A stretch of 64,000 bases of DNA from Mobula hypostoma (Eukaryota): NCBI RefSeq assembly GCF_963921235.1, contig NC_086108.1, positions 102,798,001 through 102,862,000 of the forward strand. Direction: 5' to 3'. A model generated the notes under the pieces. It was given only the letters and a program-made list of their open reading frames with translations, was not told where the DNA came from and searched no databases. Shown here piece after piece: positions 1 through 12,631 of the stretch. A program made the translations under genes and the position numbers. How positions within the stretch are numbered: position 1 is the first letter of the stretch; each line of letters opens with the position of its first letter.

Positions 1-62
1 TAGTGGAGGAAAGGAGCACCTTACTCCTCCTTTGGTAGAGACGTATCTTCACCCTGTCACCC
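1..62 (-). mobile_element. 5' end fragment of an RTE-associated SINE-like element (cut by the window edge)
   Basis: Reverse complement matches the start of the copy at 38681 (GGGTGGCAGGGTGGAGATACGTCTCTACCAAAGGAGG) and the copy at 20390-20443. Confidence 0.75.
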
Positions 63-504
63 ATTTACCCTATCTATACTCCACTCATAATTTTGCATAC
101 AATTACATCCTTCACATAAAACTTTTTTGAAACCTTTCTATTAATAACAATTGATGCTAAATCTGTTAGTTAGCTTAAGTCCAAGACTAAAAGATTTTTA
201 ATAATCAAATGAAGTAATGGCTGCTGGATCAAAGTTCAACCACGATCTCATCAAACAATAGAAGAATTCAAGGGCTAGTTGGCCAACTCCTGCTCCTATG
301 ATTCTATCAGTCCCATTCTGCTTAATTTTTGGTGATGTTATTTAAACAGGGTCCACGTTATTAAAAAAGCATGCAATTGTCAGGCCACAATAGTATGCAG
401 ATCAGCGATTGGTCAATCTGAATCTCAGTTTAGAGAATTAAGAGGACTTCAGTAGCTCTGCAAAGGAACTGCTGAAATGGTTCAGTTTCCTGTTTTATGT
501 GCAG

Positions 505-555
505 TTTCTGTAATGAAGCCTTTTGGGAGCCATATCACAGTGGCTGACATTGAAG
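505..555 (+). CDS. Candidate 51-nt internal coding exon of an unidentified host gene (xSVMKPFGSHITVADIE)
   Basis: Pyrimidine-rich acceptor tttcctgttttatgtgcAG, donor AAG|GTCAGT, length divisible by 3, only the phase-1 frame is open, lies in non-repetitive DNA. Confidence 0.4.
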
Positions 556-1149
556 GTCAGTCATAATACAAACATGAATATTTCAGGCAGTCATAGACTA
601 TGTTTACATTTTTTTATTTCTTCTAAGATGCTTTTTCAAAGTACTCCCTGCCTGTTGATGGCCTTCTCCAATTTCAGATTAATGACTTTAGACTGAATGA
701 ACCCAGTGGTCACAAAAGCAGTTCATTTAATATTTAAGTCAGATCCCATGAGTTCATTAAACAAAGATGGTATGAGGGAACTGAAGTGTGCTTTAGACAT
801 ATCCCAAGCGGCTAAATTCTAATTTACAATTTGATTCCAAATATGAGCACATTTTAGCTATATCATTAACAAAATTATTGCCATTAAATATAGATAAGTT
901 TTAGCCGAACAATAATTAAAATATACTGATAGACTGCTAAGTATCAGGAGGAAAATTTGTCCATTGAAATCTATAAAAGGCTTGATGTTGTTATGAGAAA
1001 TAGAGGGATTCAGCAATGTTTGATTTAAACAGATTTCACATAATCACACAGAGTGGAATGAGGCCATTCCGCTCTTCGTGATGACGTTGGCTCTGCAAGC
1101 AAATTAAATTCTTAGAGCTATTTCCCTGTCGTGTCCCTATAGATCATAA

Positions 1150-1340
1150 ACCAGTAGATTCTGCAGATGCTCAAAATCCAGAACAACACACACAACTGGA
1201 GGAACTCAGCAGGTCAGTCAGCATCTGTAGAGAGGAATAAACAGTCATTGTTTCGGGCCAGAACCCCTCAAGTTCTAATGAATGGACTCAGCCCGAAACA
1301 TTGAATGTTTATTCCTCTCCATAGATGCTACCAGACCTAT
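1150..1340. repeat. Penelope terminal-repeat (pLTR) derived fold-back element with two degenerate hammerhead motifs
   Basis: Inverted arms: gcatctgtagagaggaataaacagtcattgtttcgggc versus gcccgaaacattgaatgtttattcctctccatagatgc; homologous to the 3' end of the Penelope at 53476-55061. Confidence 0.75.
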
Positions 1341-2831
1341 CCCCGTGTATTTCAAACTTTCGTTTTTTATGTGATTATCTGATCCATCCATCAGTATTCA
1401 AGATCAATCACTGCTTGTGAAACACAAATGATATAAAAATAATTTGTAAATCACCATTAATGCATCCTTCCAGTCGTGATTTCCATAACCAGCCAAAAGG
1501 AAGAGCTTTCCACTATTTACCAGAACAAAATATCTCATAACTTTGAACACTTTTCTACTAAACATGGCCTGTGTTTGGAATATGTCAGAAGAAATAGCGG
1601 AGTTGTTATTTGAAACTATGGTCTTATGGTATTGTTAAAACTGGTGCACAACAGGAGACCAGACGTTGCTGATCTACCTGTGCATGAATTTGGTACAGCT
1701 TTTACATCCTCACCGGACGAGTTTACACAGAAACTTGATTAACAGTGTAACTAGCTTTTAATAATGGAATAAAATGATTATCCACAAATCTAACTTCGTT
1801 AAGAGTCAATCCAATTTCCTATTTCCCACAATGGGTGCACACTATAACATAATTAATGAAGTTTCTGAAACTTAACTGTCCTTACTGCCGCAGTCAGTGT
1901 CTCTACTTCTAGGCTTTATCTACAGTTAATCACAAACATGAGAGAGTCTGCAAATGCTGGAATTCTGTGCAGATCAGAAATAACATCTCCACCTCACTGG
2001 CAATCAACACTGGTGCACCTCAGGGATGTGTGCTTAGCCTACTGCTCTACTCTGTCTGTACCCATGACTGTGCGGCTAGGCACAATTCAAACACCATCTA
2101 TAAATTTGCTGATGACACAACTATTGTTGGCAGAATTTCAAATGGTGATGAGAGGGCGTACAGGAGTGAGATTTATCAGCTAGTTGAGTAGTGTCACAGC
2201 AACAACCTTGCACACAACATGAGTAAGACCAAAACACTAACTGTGGATTTCAGAAAGAGTAAGACGAGGGAACACACACGAGTCCTCGCAGAGGGATCAG
2301 AAATGAGCAGTTTCAAGACCTGGATGTCAACATCTTTGAAGATCTATCCTGGGCCCAACATATTGATACAGCTACAAAGAACGTACAGCAGCAGTTCTAT
2401 TTCATTAGGAGTCTGAGGAGATCTGATATGACACCAAAGACTAATGCAAATTTCTACAGATATACTGTGGTGAGCATTCTAACTGGCTGTATCACTGTCT
2501 GGGGGCTCCTGCACAGGACTGAAACAAGCTACAGAGTTGTAAATTTAGACAGCTTCATCATGGGCACTAGCCTACATAGTATCCAGGACATCTTCATGAA
2601 GTGGTGTCTCAAAAAGGCATCATCCATCATTAAGGACCCAGTCTCCCAGGACATGCCCTGTTCTCATCAGGAAGGAGGTACAGGAGTCTGAAGGCACACA
2701 CTCAGTGTTTCACAATCAACTTCTTCCCCTCTGCCATCCGATTTCTGAATGGACATTGAACCCGTGAACACTATCTCTACCTTTTTTTTAAAAAATGTTG
2801 CACTGCTTACTTAGTTTAGCTATCTCATATA

Positions 2832-3150
2832 TGAGGGGTGATTGATGAGTTTGTGTCCTGAGGTAGAAGGAGTCAATTCTAGAAAACTTAGCAAATTTAT
2901 TTTCCAACACAGTCCCCTCCTACATTTACACACTTAGTCCAGCAGTCGTGGAGCATTCGGATCTTGGACCTCCAGAAAGTGTCCACAGCAAGGGTGATTG
3001 ATAAGTTCGTGGCCTAAGGTAGACAGAGATGGGTTATACAGCTCTTGTTACATGCACGTGCAGTTCAACTCTTTGAGTGATTATGCAGAAAGTTTGAAGT
3101 TAATAACTCATCTCCTTCTACCTTAGGCCACCCACGTATTAATCCCCTCG
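2832..3150. mobile_element. Mariner-type MITE
   Basis: TA-flanked imperfect TIRs tgaggggtgattgat...aggtagaaggag / ctccttctaccttagg...aatcccctcg; extra internal TIR-like copy near 2990-3030. Confidence 0.8.
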
Positions 3151-3167
3151 TATATATGTACTTACTG

Positions 3168-3415
3168 GTGCTAGAGTCCCAAAGGCTGTCCTACGTTGAG
3201 TTCAACACTGACTGGCAACTCCTGTGATGCTGCTGGTACCAACCTGTATCAGTCTCTGCTGTTTCTTTGAGTTCATCAGTTGTGTGGAGAGGGGGAGCCG
3301 GAGCCTGCTACATGGGCAACAGCTTGATCTCCATATTGTACTCTCCAGGCTTGCGTATCTGGACAGCTGGGATGCAATATCTATGGTCGACTCTGACTGA
3401 CAGAGGCCTCAGATT
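3168..3415. repeat. Unclassified short interspersed insertion within the Rex tail
   Basis: GC-richer block that interrupts the AT-rich Rex 3' UTR, which resumes at about 3420. Confidence 0.4.
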
Positions 3416-3531
3416 CAGATTTACTGCAATATGCAGTTTCTTTCTCTATTGTTATGTATTGAATTTTACTGCTGCCACAAAGTCAACAGATTTCGCAACG
3501 TATGCCAGTGATATTAAATCTGATTCTGATT

Positions 3532-3685
3532 CCACATACAAAATATTGGAGGAACTCAGCAAGTCAGGTAGCATCTATGGAAATGAATAAACAGTCGACA
3601 TTTCAGGCTGAGACCCTTTGTTTATTCATTTTCATAGATGCGGCCTGACCTGCTGAGTTCCTCCAGCACTTTGTGTGTGTTGCTT
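3532..3685. repeat. Penelope pLTR-derived fold-back element
   Basis: ggaggaactcagcaagtcaggtagcatctatggaaatgaataaaca versus tgtttattcattttcatagatgcggcctgacctgctgagttcctcc. Confidence 0.75.
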
Positions 3686-4199
3686 TATCTGCAATTCTCT
3701 GTTACCACATTAACACAATCTGCATCCCTCGTTGTTAGCATGTAACATAATTCCAGTGAAAAAATCATTAACCTGAAGCAATGATTCAGTTTTTGCTTCT
3801 GCAGATGTCCTTAATTATCGGGCACACAAGAGATTCTGCAGGCGTTGGAAATCCAGAGCAGCAAACACACAGAGTGCTGGAGGAACTCAGCAGCTCAGGC
3901 ATCATCTGTGGAGGGAAATAGACAGTCAACGTTGTGGGCTGAAAACGGGACTGGAAAGGAAGAGGGCAGAAGCCAGAATAAGATAGTGGGAGGAGAGGAA
4001 GGAGTACAAGTTGGCAGCAGAGATCACAGAACATGTACTTCTCCCCCTCCCGCCTCCTTTGTATTCCTACTCAGAAAAATGGTGTAGGTGCTGTCCTCCA
4101 GGTGTTGGTGAACCTACATTGTCGCTCGTAGGACATCCCAGGATTTCGACTGTATGGAGATGGAGAAACGGCTTTACATTTCCATGTCAGATGCTTTTC

Positions 4200-4589
4200 A
4201 ATTTAATTACTCAATTAATTTGTACTGTGAAAAACTTGTCTTGCTTGCCATCCATATAGATTGATTCATTACACAGTGCATCGAGGCAGTACAAGGTAAA
4301 ACAATGACAGAATGCAGAATAAAGTGTAACAGCTATGGAGAAAGTGCTGTAAAGGTTGACAGTAAGGCGCAAGGTCACTCTTGATTGTGAGATCAAGAGT
4401 CCGTCTTTTCATATTAGAGAGATATTCAATAGTCTTAGAACAGCAGGAAAGGAGATGTTCTGGAGCCTGGTGGTAAGTGCTTTCAGACTTTTGTATCATC
4501 TGCCCAATAGGAGAGGGAAGAAGGGAAAAAGTTTGGGATGGATGGGATTATGCTGGTGGCTTTATCGAGGCAATGAAAAGTAGGCAGTC
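4200..4589 (-). mobile_element. Rex1/Babar-type LINE 3' part; host of the tandem LTR insertions, continues at 12925-13400
   Basis: Similar to other minus-strand Rex tails in the window (24740-25070, 40680-41350); sequence resumes collinearly after 12929. Confidence 0.7.
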
Positions 4590-5077
4590 TGTTGTGTATT
4601 TAATATATCAGTAATATTTGAGTAATATTGCAAATATATTGTTTGATTAAGGATTCTTTGTTTAAATAATTCATTATGGTTATATGCACAAAGTACGTGA
4701 ATGGCATATGTCATTACACCGCTGTGTCATACATGCGCGTCTCGCTAAAAGTTAAAAAGAAACTAAGAAGTTCTCCTGGGCTCCCATCTTTTTGGTTTCA
4801 ATTCATTTAATGTTTTGGAGTTACAAAACATGACAGTGGCTTCGAGTAACTTCTCAGCAAACCTGAGATGACTACCTATCTGCTAAAGCACAGAGAGATG
4901 CTTCAGTCTCTAAAAGTATAGCGAGAAATGGTTGAGTAAAAGAAACAGTGCAGCATATGTTTTTCTGAAAGGACAGACACGGTCAAGTTTAAAAAAAGGC
5001 AGAAAATGGACAAGTTCATGGGTTCATAAACAGTGAGTACTGTGTGGTAATAACCATAAATTTAAAAAAGAGCGGAA

Positions 5078-5228
5078 ATGGCTGGCTACATCCAAAAGGT
5101 TGTTGCGTTTGATTGTACAAAAGATAACTGGATTTTGTATACTGAGAGAATTGAGCAGTATTTTGAAGCAAATGAAATAGCCAATGAGAAGAGAGTGCTA
5201 ATTTTGCTGAGTGCATTGAATTTAAAGG
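5078..5228 (+). pseudogene. gag: Gypsy gag N-terminus, interrupted by a Tigger insertion
   Basis: MAGYIQKVVAFDCTKDNWILYTERIEQYFEANEIANEKRVLILLS, homologous to the gag at 62356-62860. Confidence 0.8.
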
Positions 5229-5230
5229 TA

Positions 5231-6150
5231 CAGGTGTTCCCCACTTTTCGAATGTTCGTTTTACGAAACCTCACTGTTACGAAAGACCTACATTAGTTCC
5301 CTGTTTTCGCTAACAGAAGGTGTTTTCACTGTTATGAAAAAGTCAGCACGTGATAAAAGGCAGCATGTGCACTGCGCAGCCACTCTCCCCCGGATTCGGA
5401 ACTGCATTCTCGCCGGCATTTCTTAAACACATGCCTGTGAGCAGCCATTAGCAAGATGAGTTCTAAGGTGTCAGAAAAGCCTGAAAGAGCTCGTAAGGGT
5501 GTTACACAACGTAAAACTAGAGATAATTAAGCGTTTTGATCATGGTGAAAAAAGTAAGGACAACGTGAGTTTGGCTTGTGGAAGCTGATGAAGTTGATGT
5601 TAAAGAGGTTTTGGCATCCCATGACCAAGAACTGATAGATGAAGAGCTGATGCAATTGGTAGAGGAAAGGATAACAATCGAAACCGAATGCAGTAGCAAA
5701 CTGAACGTGAAGCAACTGCGTGAGATTTTCGCTGCAACGATAAAGTACGACTTTAATTTTGAAAGGGTACGTTGGTTTAGGGGATATTTGCAGGGTGGTT
5801 TGAGTGCTTACAAAGAACTGTATGATAGAAAAATGCGCGAGGCTCAACAGTCAAGCAAGCCTTCCACATCAGCCACAGCAGACGACGAACCTCGACCTTC
5901 GACATCGAGGCGGGCAGTTGTAGGAGAAGATGAGCTTCCTGCCCTAATGGAAACAGACAACGACGAGATGACACCCCAGTGTCCCACCACCCCAACCCCC
6001 AGGCCGCGGACAGATACCGATTCGCGGAGAATGTAGCGGTAGCCGGGAAGCACACAGCACATTTTGAAGAAAAAAACAGAAATGAACATGCTAATTAATA
6101 AGGTGCCGCTCGACACATAATTATCGGCCCAGATCAGAGGCGATGCAATC
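5231..6150 (+). mobile_element. Tigger/pogo-like DNA transposon remnant (left TIR and transposase C-terminal part)
   Basis: TA|CAGGTGTTCCCC left end; ORF 5578-6036 DVKEVLASHDQELIDEELMQL resembles the Tigger transposase C-terminus; no right TIR seen. Confidence 0.7.
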
Positions 6151-6455
6151 TGAGTAAAAAACCTTCCTCTAATATTCCCCTTGAACTTCCCACCCCTTAC
6201 CTTAAAGCCATGTCCTCTTGTATTGAGCAGTGGTGCCCTGGGGAAGAGGCACTGGCTGACCACTCTATCTATTCCTCTTAATATCTTGTATCCCTCTATC
6301 ATGTCTCCTCTCATCCTCCTTCTCTCCAAAGAGTAAAGCCCTAGCTCCTTTAATCTCTGATCATAATGCATACTCTCTAAACCAGGCAGCATCCTGGTAA
6401 ATCTCCTCTGCACCCTTTCCAATGCTTCCACATCCTTCCTATAGTGAGGCGACCA
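6151..6455 (-). mobile_element. CR1 LINE ORF2 3' fragment
   Basis: WSPHYRKDVEALERVQRRFTRMLPG...TRGH; nearly identical to 45600-45848. Confidence 0.9.
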
Positions 6456-7049
6456 GTACTTGCAGAAAAGGCAACAAAGTAGGATACATACAAAGAACAT
6501 GTCAGGAAGACAAAAGTAAATCAATAGCAAAGGGAAGAGAAAAAGATAAAAAGTCAAATTGCAGTTTCTAAAAGAGCACTAATCTGCAAGCTGTTGATGA
6601 AAAATCTGATTATGATGAGAGTGACACAGGATTGTGGAGTCTTGAGATTTACTCTGTGAAAACTGACAATAGACAAGCAATATAGCTTACACCAGAACTG
6701 TACAATATATTAATTAAAATAGAATTGGACTCTGCTCGGTTGTTTTAATCATTCCACAAAATTAATTTGAATGGCATTTCAAAGATACTAAATTGAAGCC
6801 TGCAGATAACCAGCCAAGAATTTATTCTGAAAAAAATTCTTGTAAGAATGACATTTGTATCAGTGAAATATATCAACCAACAAGCTACATCAGGCTTGTA
6901 TGCGGTAAAAGCAGGAGGGCCAGCATTGTGAGGACGTGATTAGTTGAGGCATCAACAACTTGATTGGAAATCCATCCTCCATATGCATGCCACATCATCT
7001 ACAACATAATCAACTGAAAATGAGTTAAGAAAGGTACTGAGTGATGCCA

Positions 7050-7770
7050 CAACTGTCTCCATGCTGTAGACCATGAACTATTGCTGGAAGGACCATACCG
7101 CCCAGAGGAATTGTGAAAATGATCAAAACAGAGGTCTAACTCCAACAGTTTTTGTAGGCAACATTTCTGAGAAAGCTTCTGATATGTTAAGCAGGCAGTT
7201 ACTTGCAAAATGTGCTTTGGTTTTAAGCTGGAAGAGAGTTCAAGGAGCTTCGGGAAAGTTGCAAGAATTCATCTTTTGCGAGTATAAAGAACCAGAATAA
7301 CTCTGCATGCACTAAGGTTATTGCATGAACTTCAGGTGGGTGTCAAAAAACTGCTTGTGAAAGTAGATGCAAAGACCAAAACCCAGATGGATGAATGGAA
7401 GGCCAAAAAGAAAGGAGTCAACGGAGATACAAAAACAGGTGATTCATCAGATGATGTTGTGGATGTGGAAACCAAGAGAAGAGATCAGATCACAAAGGCA
7501 GCAATAGAAAGATTAATAAGAGAATACTCCAGTGAACTAAATGCACCCTCCCAAGATCAAGATGCACAAACTGGAAAGAAGAGAATGGAAGGCAGGAAAA
7601 AGAAAGATAAGAATTTGAAAAGGAGAGAAGAGAAAGAGAGAAAGAACATGAGTGAGAAAGGCATGAAAGAGAGAAGGAATGTGAGAAAGAAAGAGTGGGA
7701 TTAAGAGAGAGAAAGAAGCCTGAACCAGGAGAGAAGCAAGGATCAAAGTAGATCCAGAGAGAGAAAAGGG
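7050..7770 (+). pseudogene. RBM25: Processed (intronless) RBM25 fragment: RRM and start of the RE-rich region
   Basis: TVFVGNISEKASDMLSRQLLAKCALVLSWKRVQGASGKLQ.F.FCEYKEPE, KKLLVKVDAKTK.Q.DEWKAKKK and LIREYSSELNAPSQ match vertebrate RBM25; contains a stop and frameshifts. Confidence 0.93.
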
Positions 7771-8811
7771 GAAGAAAGGTGTCCAGAGCTGTCAGAGCCA
7801 CTTCCTGCAGTCTCAGAATCAACTCCTACAACCACCATGGAGGAGGCCTCGGAACCTGAGAATGTATCTACAGCCCCAATTCTCACCTGCTGAGCAGAGT
7901 GACCTCCCTTGTCAGGAAAGACATTATCCAACAAGAGTAAGAAATCTTCCACAGCGATTAAATCTTTAGACCTGAATGGGACAATTTAAAATTTACTATG
8001 CTGTGGATGTCTATATAGTAGTTGTATTATGTAATATACTGTTTATATAGTATGTGTACAGTATATAAGTTGAGATGCCCTCTATATTTTTGGAGCTTAT
8101 AGCTAAGCAGGGAGGAATGTTGCATATTTAATTTATCTATAATATTTGAGTAATATTATAAATAAATTGTTTGATTCAGTATTCTTTGTTTATTTAAATA
8201 ATTCATTGTGGTTATATGTACGAAGTACATGAATGGCATACCACAACGTCCTATTTGCACATTTCGCTAAAAGTAAAAACAAAACTAAGACAACTTCTCC
8301 TGGGCTCCCATGTTTTTGCTTTCAATTAGTTTAGCATTTTGGAGTTACAAGACATAACACAGTCTGTACCATATAGCCTACATTATGATAAGGGACTACT
8401 TTATGTTTTAGTAACACATCATTGCATGCGCTATTAGGCACGTATTGATCTGTACGTGTGTGCTGAGTTCAGATTCTGCCAGTAAAGAACCATGAAACTT
8501 AGCTCCCATCTCCAGTGTTTTTACTAATAGCATTGTTGTGTAACAAGGCCACATACACAACAAATTGGCGACAAGAATTATGAACCTACATCTTATCGGA
8601 ACGCCATGTTTTAGCTGATAACAACACTCGGAGGAGAAGAGAGAGAATCTAGACTCATCTAGACAGAGTGTGCTCGCTGTGCTAGCAAAAAGGACACGTG
8701 AGTCAAAAAGAAAACAAGGGGAGAACAGGGCTAAATTAACATAACAAAGATGGCCATGATCAGGCTAACAGTATTAATGATGAAAAGAAAGCCAGCGTCT
8801 TACTCAGTATT

Positions 8812-9657
8812 ATGGGAGCAAAAACATACGGGCTGCTGTGGAGCTTGTTAACCCCTGAAAAGCCAGCTGACAAAACATTCAAGCAAACAGTAGACACGCT
8901 CCAACAGCATTTAAACCCCAAACCACTGGTCATTGCTGAAAGATTTAAATTTCACAAATGGAATCAGAGCAAAAATGAAAGCATTTCTGAATATCATGCT
9001 GAATTGAGCAAATTATCAGAACATTGTCAATTTGGAGCTGGTCTATCAGATGCATTGAAGGACAGGTTAGTGTGTGGCATGCACTGTGAAACCACACAGC
9101 AGAAGCTTGTGTGTGAAAGAGACCTTACATTCGAGAAGGCGCTGAACATTACCATATCAATAGAAACAGTAGCACGGAGTGCTTCAGAGATACGACAAAA
9201 ATCTCTGGAAAATGCAACAAATAAAATGTCACTGAACAGAAATGAGGGAAGGAAATGTTACTGTTGTGGGAACAGGTCACATGACTCTAATGACTGTTGG
9301 TTTAAAGACAAAGAATGCAGAAACTGTGGCAAACAGGGCCACATTGGCAGAGTATGCAAAACTAGTAAACACCAGAAAAAGGACAAAATACAAAGAAACA
9401 AGAAATCCCAGAAAGGAAAATACAACAACGTACACAAAATGAAAGAAAGCAGTTCTGATGAAAATGACTCAGACAAAAGTGAAATGTCTTGTCTGCAACT
9501 TCACCGCATGAAAGAGACAGATGATCGAAGAGTAATATGGATCACTCCACAAGTGGCAGGCATGAGACTGAAAATGGAGTTGGACACAGGTTCAGCTTTA
9601 GCAGTGATCTCTGTACATGACTACAAACGACTGTTTTCTCACATACCTCTGAAATGA
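8812..9657 (+). pseudogene. gag: Gag with zinc knuckles and aspartic protease N-terminus
   Basis: CYCCGNRSHDSNDC and CRNCGKQGHIGRVC knuckles; MELDTGSA protease motif. Confidence 0.9.
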
Positions 9658-12631
9658 ACTAAACTACTGCTAAAGACTTACACAGGACAGAAAGTGCGTC
9701 CCAAAGGCAAAATTAAAGTGACAGTGACCTACGGAGACAAAACACAGCAGCTGAACCTCTATGTACTGAAAAATGGAGGACCACCTTTGGTGGGATGTGA
9801 ATGCTCAGGAAAATCTAGTTGGATTGGCACACCATCAAGACACTAGATGTGTCAGCAAAGGAGGGCAGTAAGGCTACATCTAAGAGACTGTCACAAATAC
9901 TTGCTGACTCTGAGGAAGAGTTCATGAAAGGAATAGGAACACTTCAGGGCATGAAGCCAAGGATTGAGATTGGGGAAAATGCATGTCCAAAATTTCACAA
10001 AGCCAGACCAGTGCCATATGTAATCTGTCCAACAGTAGAGGCCAAGCTGGAAAATCTAGAGCAGACTGGGGTCCTGTCAAAGGTGGATTGGAGTGAATGG
10101 GCCACGCCCATTGTTCCAGTGATGAAGAAAACCTCCAGCACAAAACCAGGAAAACCAAGCAAGGTGCGCATATGTGGTGACTTTAAAGTGACTGTCAACC
10201 CAGTTCTCCGCACAGTACAGTATCCTCTACCTCGCATTGAGGACATCGTTGCCTGTCAGGAGGGGAACATTTCACAAAAATCGATTTGACCCAGGCTTAT
10301 CTCCAAATGGAAATCGATGAAGCATCCAAGAAATACCTGACAATAAATACACATAAAGGACTTTACCAGTACAACAGGTTGATGTTTGGGATAGCATCAG
10401 CTCCTGCAATCTGGCAAAGGGCAATGGACCAGGTCCTGCAGGGGATTCCAGGGACTCAGTGTTACCTGGATGACATCATTGTCACCAGCAAAGATGACGA
10501 CGAACATCTTTCTAACCTTGAACAAGCGCTCACCAGATCACGAGAATATGGGCTCAGAGCTAATCGACAGAAATGTGAGTTTTTCAAAAAGGAAATCTCA
10601 TACTGTGGGCATGTGATCAACAAGGATGTCTCAAGACAAGATAGAAGTGGTGCTTAAGGCACAACCACCTGAAAATGTGTCTCAGCTGAGAGCATATCTT
10701 GGACTAGTGAACTATTACCACAAGCTCTTGCCTAACCTATCAACAGTCCTACACCCATTAAATGCATTATTACAGACAGAGACACAATGGAAGTGGATTG
10801 AGAGCTGTGAGAAAGCGTTTCAAGAAACTAAAAGACTCATAACTTCAGAAGGGGTGCTCGCACACTTTGACCCCTCCTTACCAATCTGACTAGCTTGTGA
10901 TGCCTCGCCCCATGGGATAGCTGCTGTGTTATCACCCAAGTTTCCAGATGACTCCGAAAGACCAATAGCCTTTGCTTCAGGAACGCTAACTTCAGCTGAA
11001 CACAACCACGCACAGATTGACAGAGAGGCCCTAAGCCTCATGTGGGGAGTCAAGAAATTCAGTTACTACCAGTATGGTCAAAAGTTTACCCTGTTGACTG
11101 ACCATCAGCCTCTCATGTCGATCTTCAACCCAAGGAAAGGTGTTCCAGTGATGACAGCACAAAGGCTGCAGTGATGGTCTCTTTTCTTTGGAGGTCACAG
11201 GTATGACATTGAACACAAGGGGACCAAGCAACATGGCAATGCAGATGGTTTGTCGCAGTTACCACTGCCGACTTCTGAGATAACTACGCAAATGGATTCA
11301 GAGAGGTCTTTCACACAACAATAGTTGAACAATTACCAGTGACAAACAGCCTCATTGAAAGGGAAACATGCAATGACCTTATGTTGTCAAAAGTGTATGA
11401 CATCACGGTAAAGGGATGGCCAGCATGGGGTAACACACTGTTTCCAGCCTTCTCAACGAGGAAGGAGCAGTTGTCAGTATGTTGAGGAACACTAATGTGT
11501 GGCTCACAATTTGTGATTCCTCCCAAGCTACATACCAGAATGCTGGAGGAACTGCACAAGGGGCACCTGGGTACCATGAAAATGAAAAGTCTTGCCCGTG
11601 CCTATGTGTGGTGGCCAGGAATCGATAAGCAGATTGAGGACTTAACCAAGAACTGCTCTGGATGTCAAAAGATCCAGAACACACCACCACACCCCCTCCA
11701 TCCATGGGAGTGGCCCTCATCACCATGGCAGCGAGTGCACATCGACTTTGCTGGACCATTCATGGACTCTATCTTTTTAATCACCGTCGATGCACATTCC
11801 AAATGGCCAGAGGTCATCAAAATGGAGACAACCACATCAGAAAAGACCATTACAGTTCTGAGGACCATGTTCGCCAGGAATGGCTTCCCAGAACGAATCT
11901 GCACACACAATGGACGACAATTTGTCTCTGAAGAATTCCAAAGTTTTATGAAGAACAATGGAATCAAGCATTTTACATCTGCCCCTTACCATCGATCCAC
12001 AAATGGCTTGGCAGAAAGATCTGTGCAGACATTCAAGAAAGCCATCAAGGCAATGGATGGTGAAAATCGACCACTGCAACGCAACATAGACAACTTCCTC
12101 CTTGCCTATCGTAATGCAGTACATGCAGCCATTAATCAGACTCCAGCAATGATGTTTCTGAACAGGAACCTGAGGTCCCACATGGATCTTCTCAAACCAG
12201 ATGTACAGCGTGATGTGGAGAACAGACAGTTCAAACACTTGAATGCTAAGTCAACACGGAGCTTCAGTGTGGGACAGTCAGTTCTTGCACGTGATTATCG
12301 TACTGAAAAGTGGCAGCCGGCTACAATTTCCGCCATAGACAGGCCACTGATGTATAGAGTACAGGTGGGAGAGAACATATAGAGACGTTATGTGGACCAA
12401 ATCCTGGATGCTCAGGTGAAAAACACAACAATACCTTGCCCGGACTCCCCAGACATAGAAGCAAACACTCCTGATGTGACCACATCAGCCTTGCCCACAG
12501 ATAAGCCTGTCATCAGTGCTGAGAACCCACCTGATGTACCTGTGGAAACTAATTCGCCAAAGCAAACGTTTCAGGACAGACGTTACCTGGAGAGGCAGAG
12601 AAGACCCCCCGCCCCCCCAACAGAGACTTGA
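9658..12631 (+). pseudogene. pol: Pol (RT, RNase H, integrase) broken by stops and frameshifts
   Basis: WATPIVPV, VRICGDFK, YLDD, DASP.G, TDHQPL, H.GH...C..C zinc finger, VHIDFAGP, APYH..NGLAER. Confidence 0.93.

Larger units (their letters stand above)
1967..3530 (+). mobile_element. Rex1/Babar-type LINE, 5'-truncated and degenerate, with insertions in its 3' UTR
   Basis: RT motifs NTGAPQGCVLS and KFADDTTIVG; C-terminal SILTGCITVW and KKASSIIKDP; (CTGATT)n tail near 3520. Confidence 0.85.
4590..8359 (+). mobile_element. Non-autonomous Gypsy LTR retrotransposon (element A) carrying a captured RBM25 fragment
   Basis: LTRs 4590-4835 and 8118-8359 (TG...CA); degenerate PBS gtggcttcgag; PPT agcagggaggaa; TSD CAGTC at 4585-4589 and 8360-8364; gag N-terminus at 5078, protease remnant near 6720, pol C-terminal tail 7775-7970. 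Confidence 0.9.

Noticed and set aside
1677..1752. Minus-strand exon suggested by a CAG|GTAG donor
   Set aside because: Stop codons in all three frames upstream of the donor
5844..6557. 237-aa minus-strand ORF as a novel gene
   Set aside because: Chance fusion of antisense gag, a CR1 ORF2 fragment and antisense Tigger sequence
7073..7704. Functional RBM25 gene
   Set aside because: Partial, intronless, interrupted by a stop and frameshifts, and inside an LTR element
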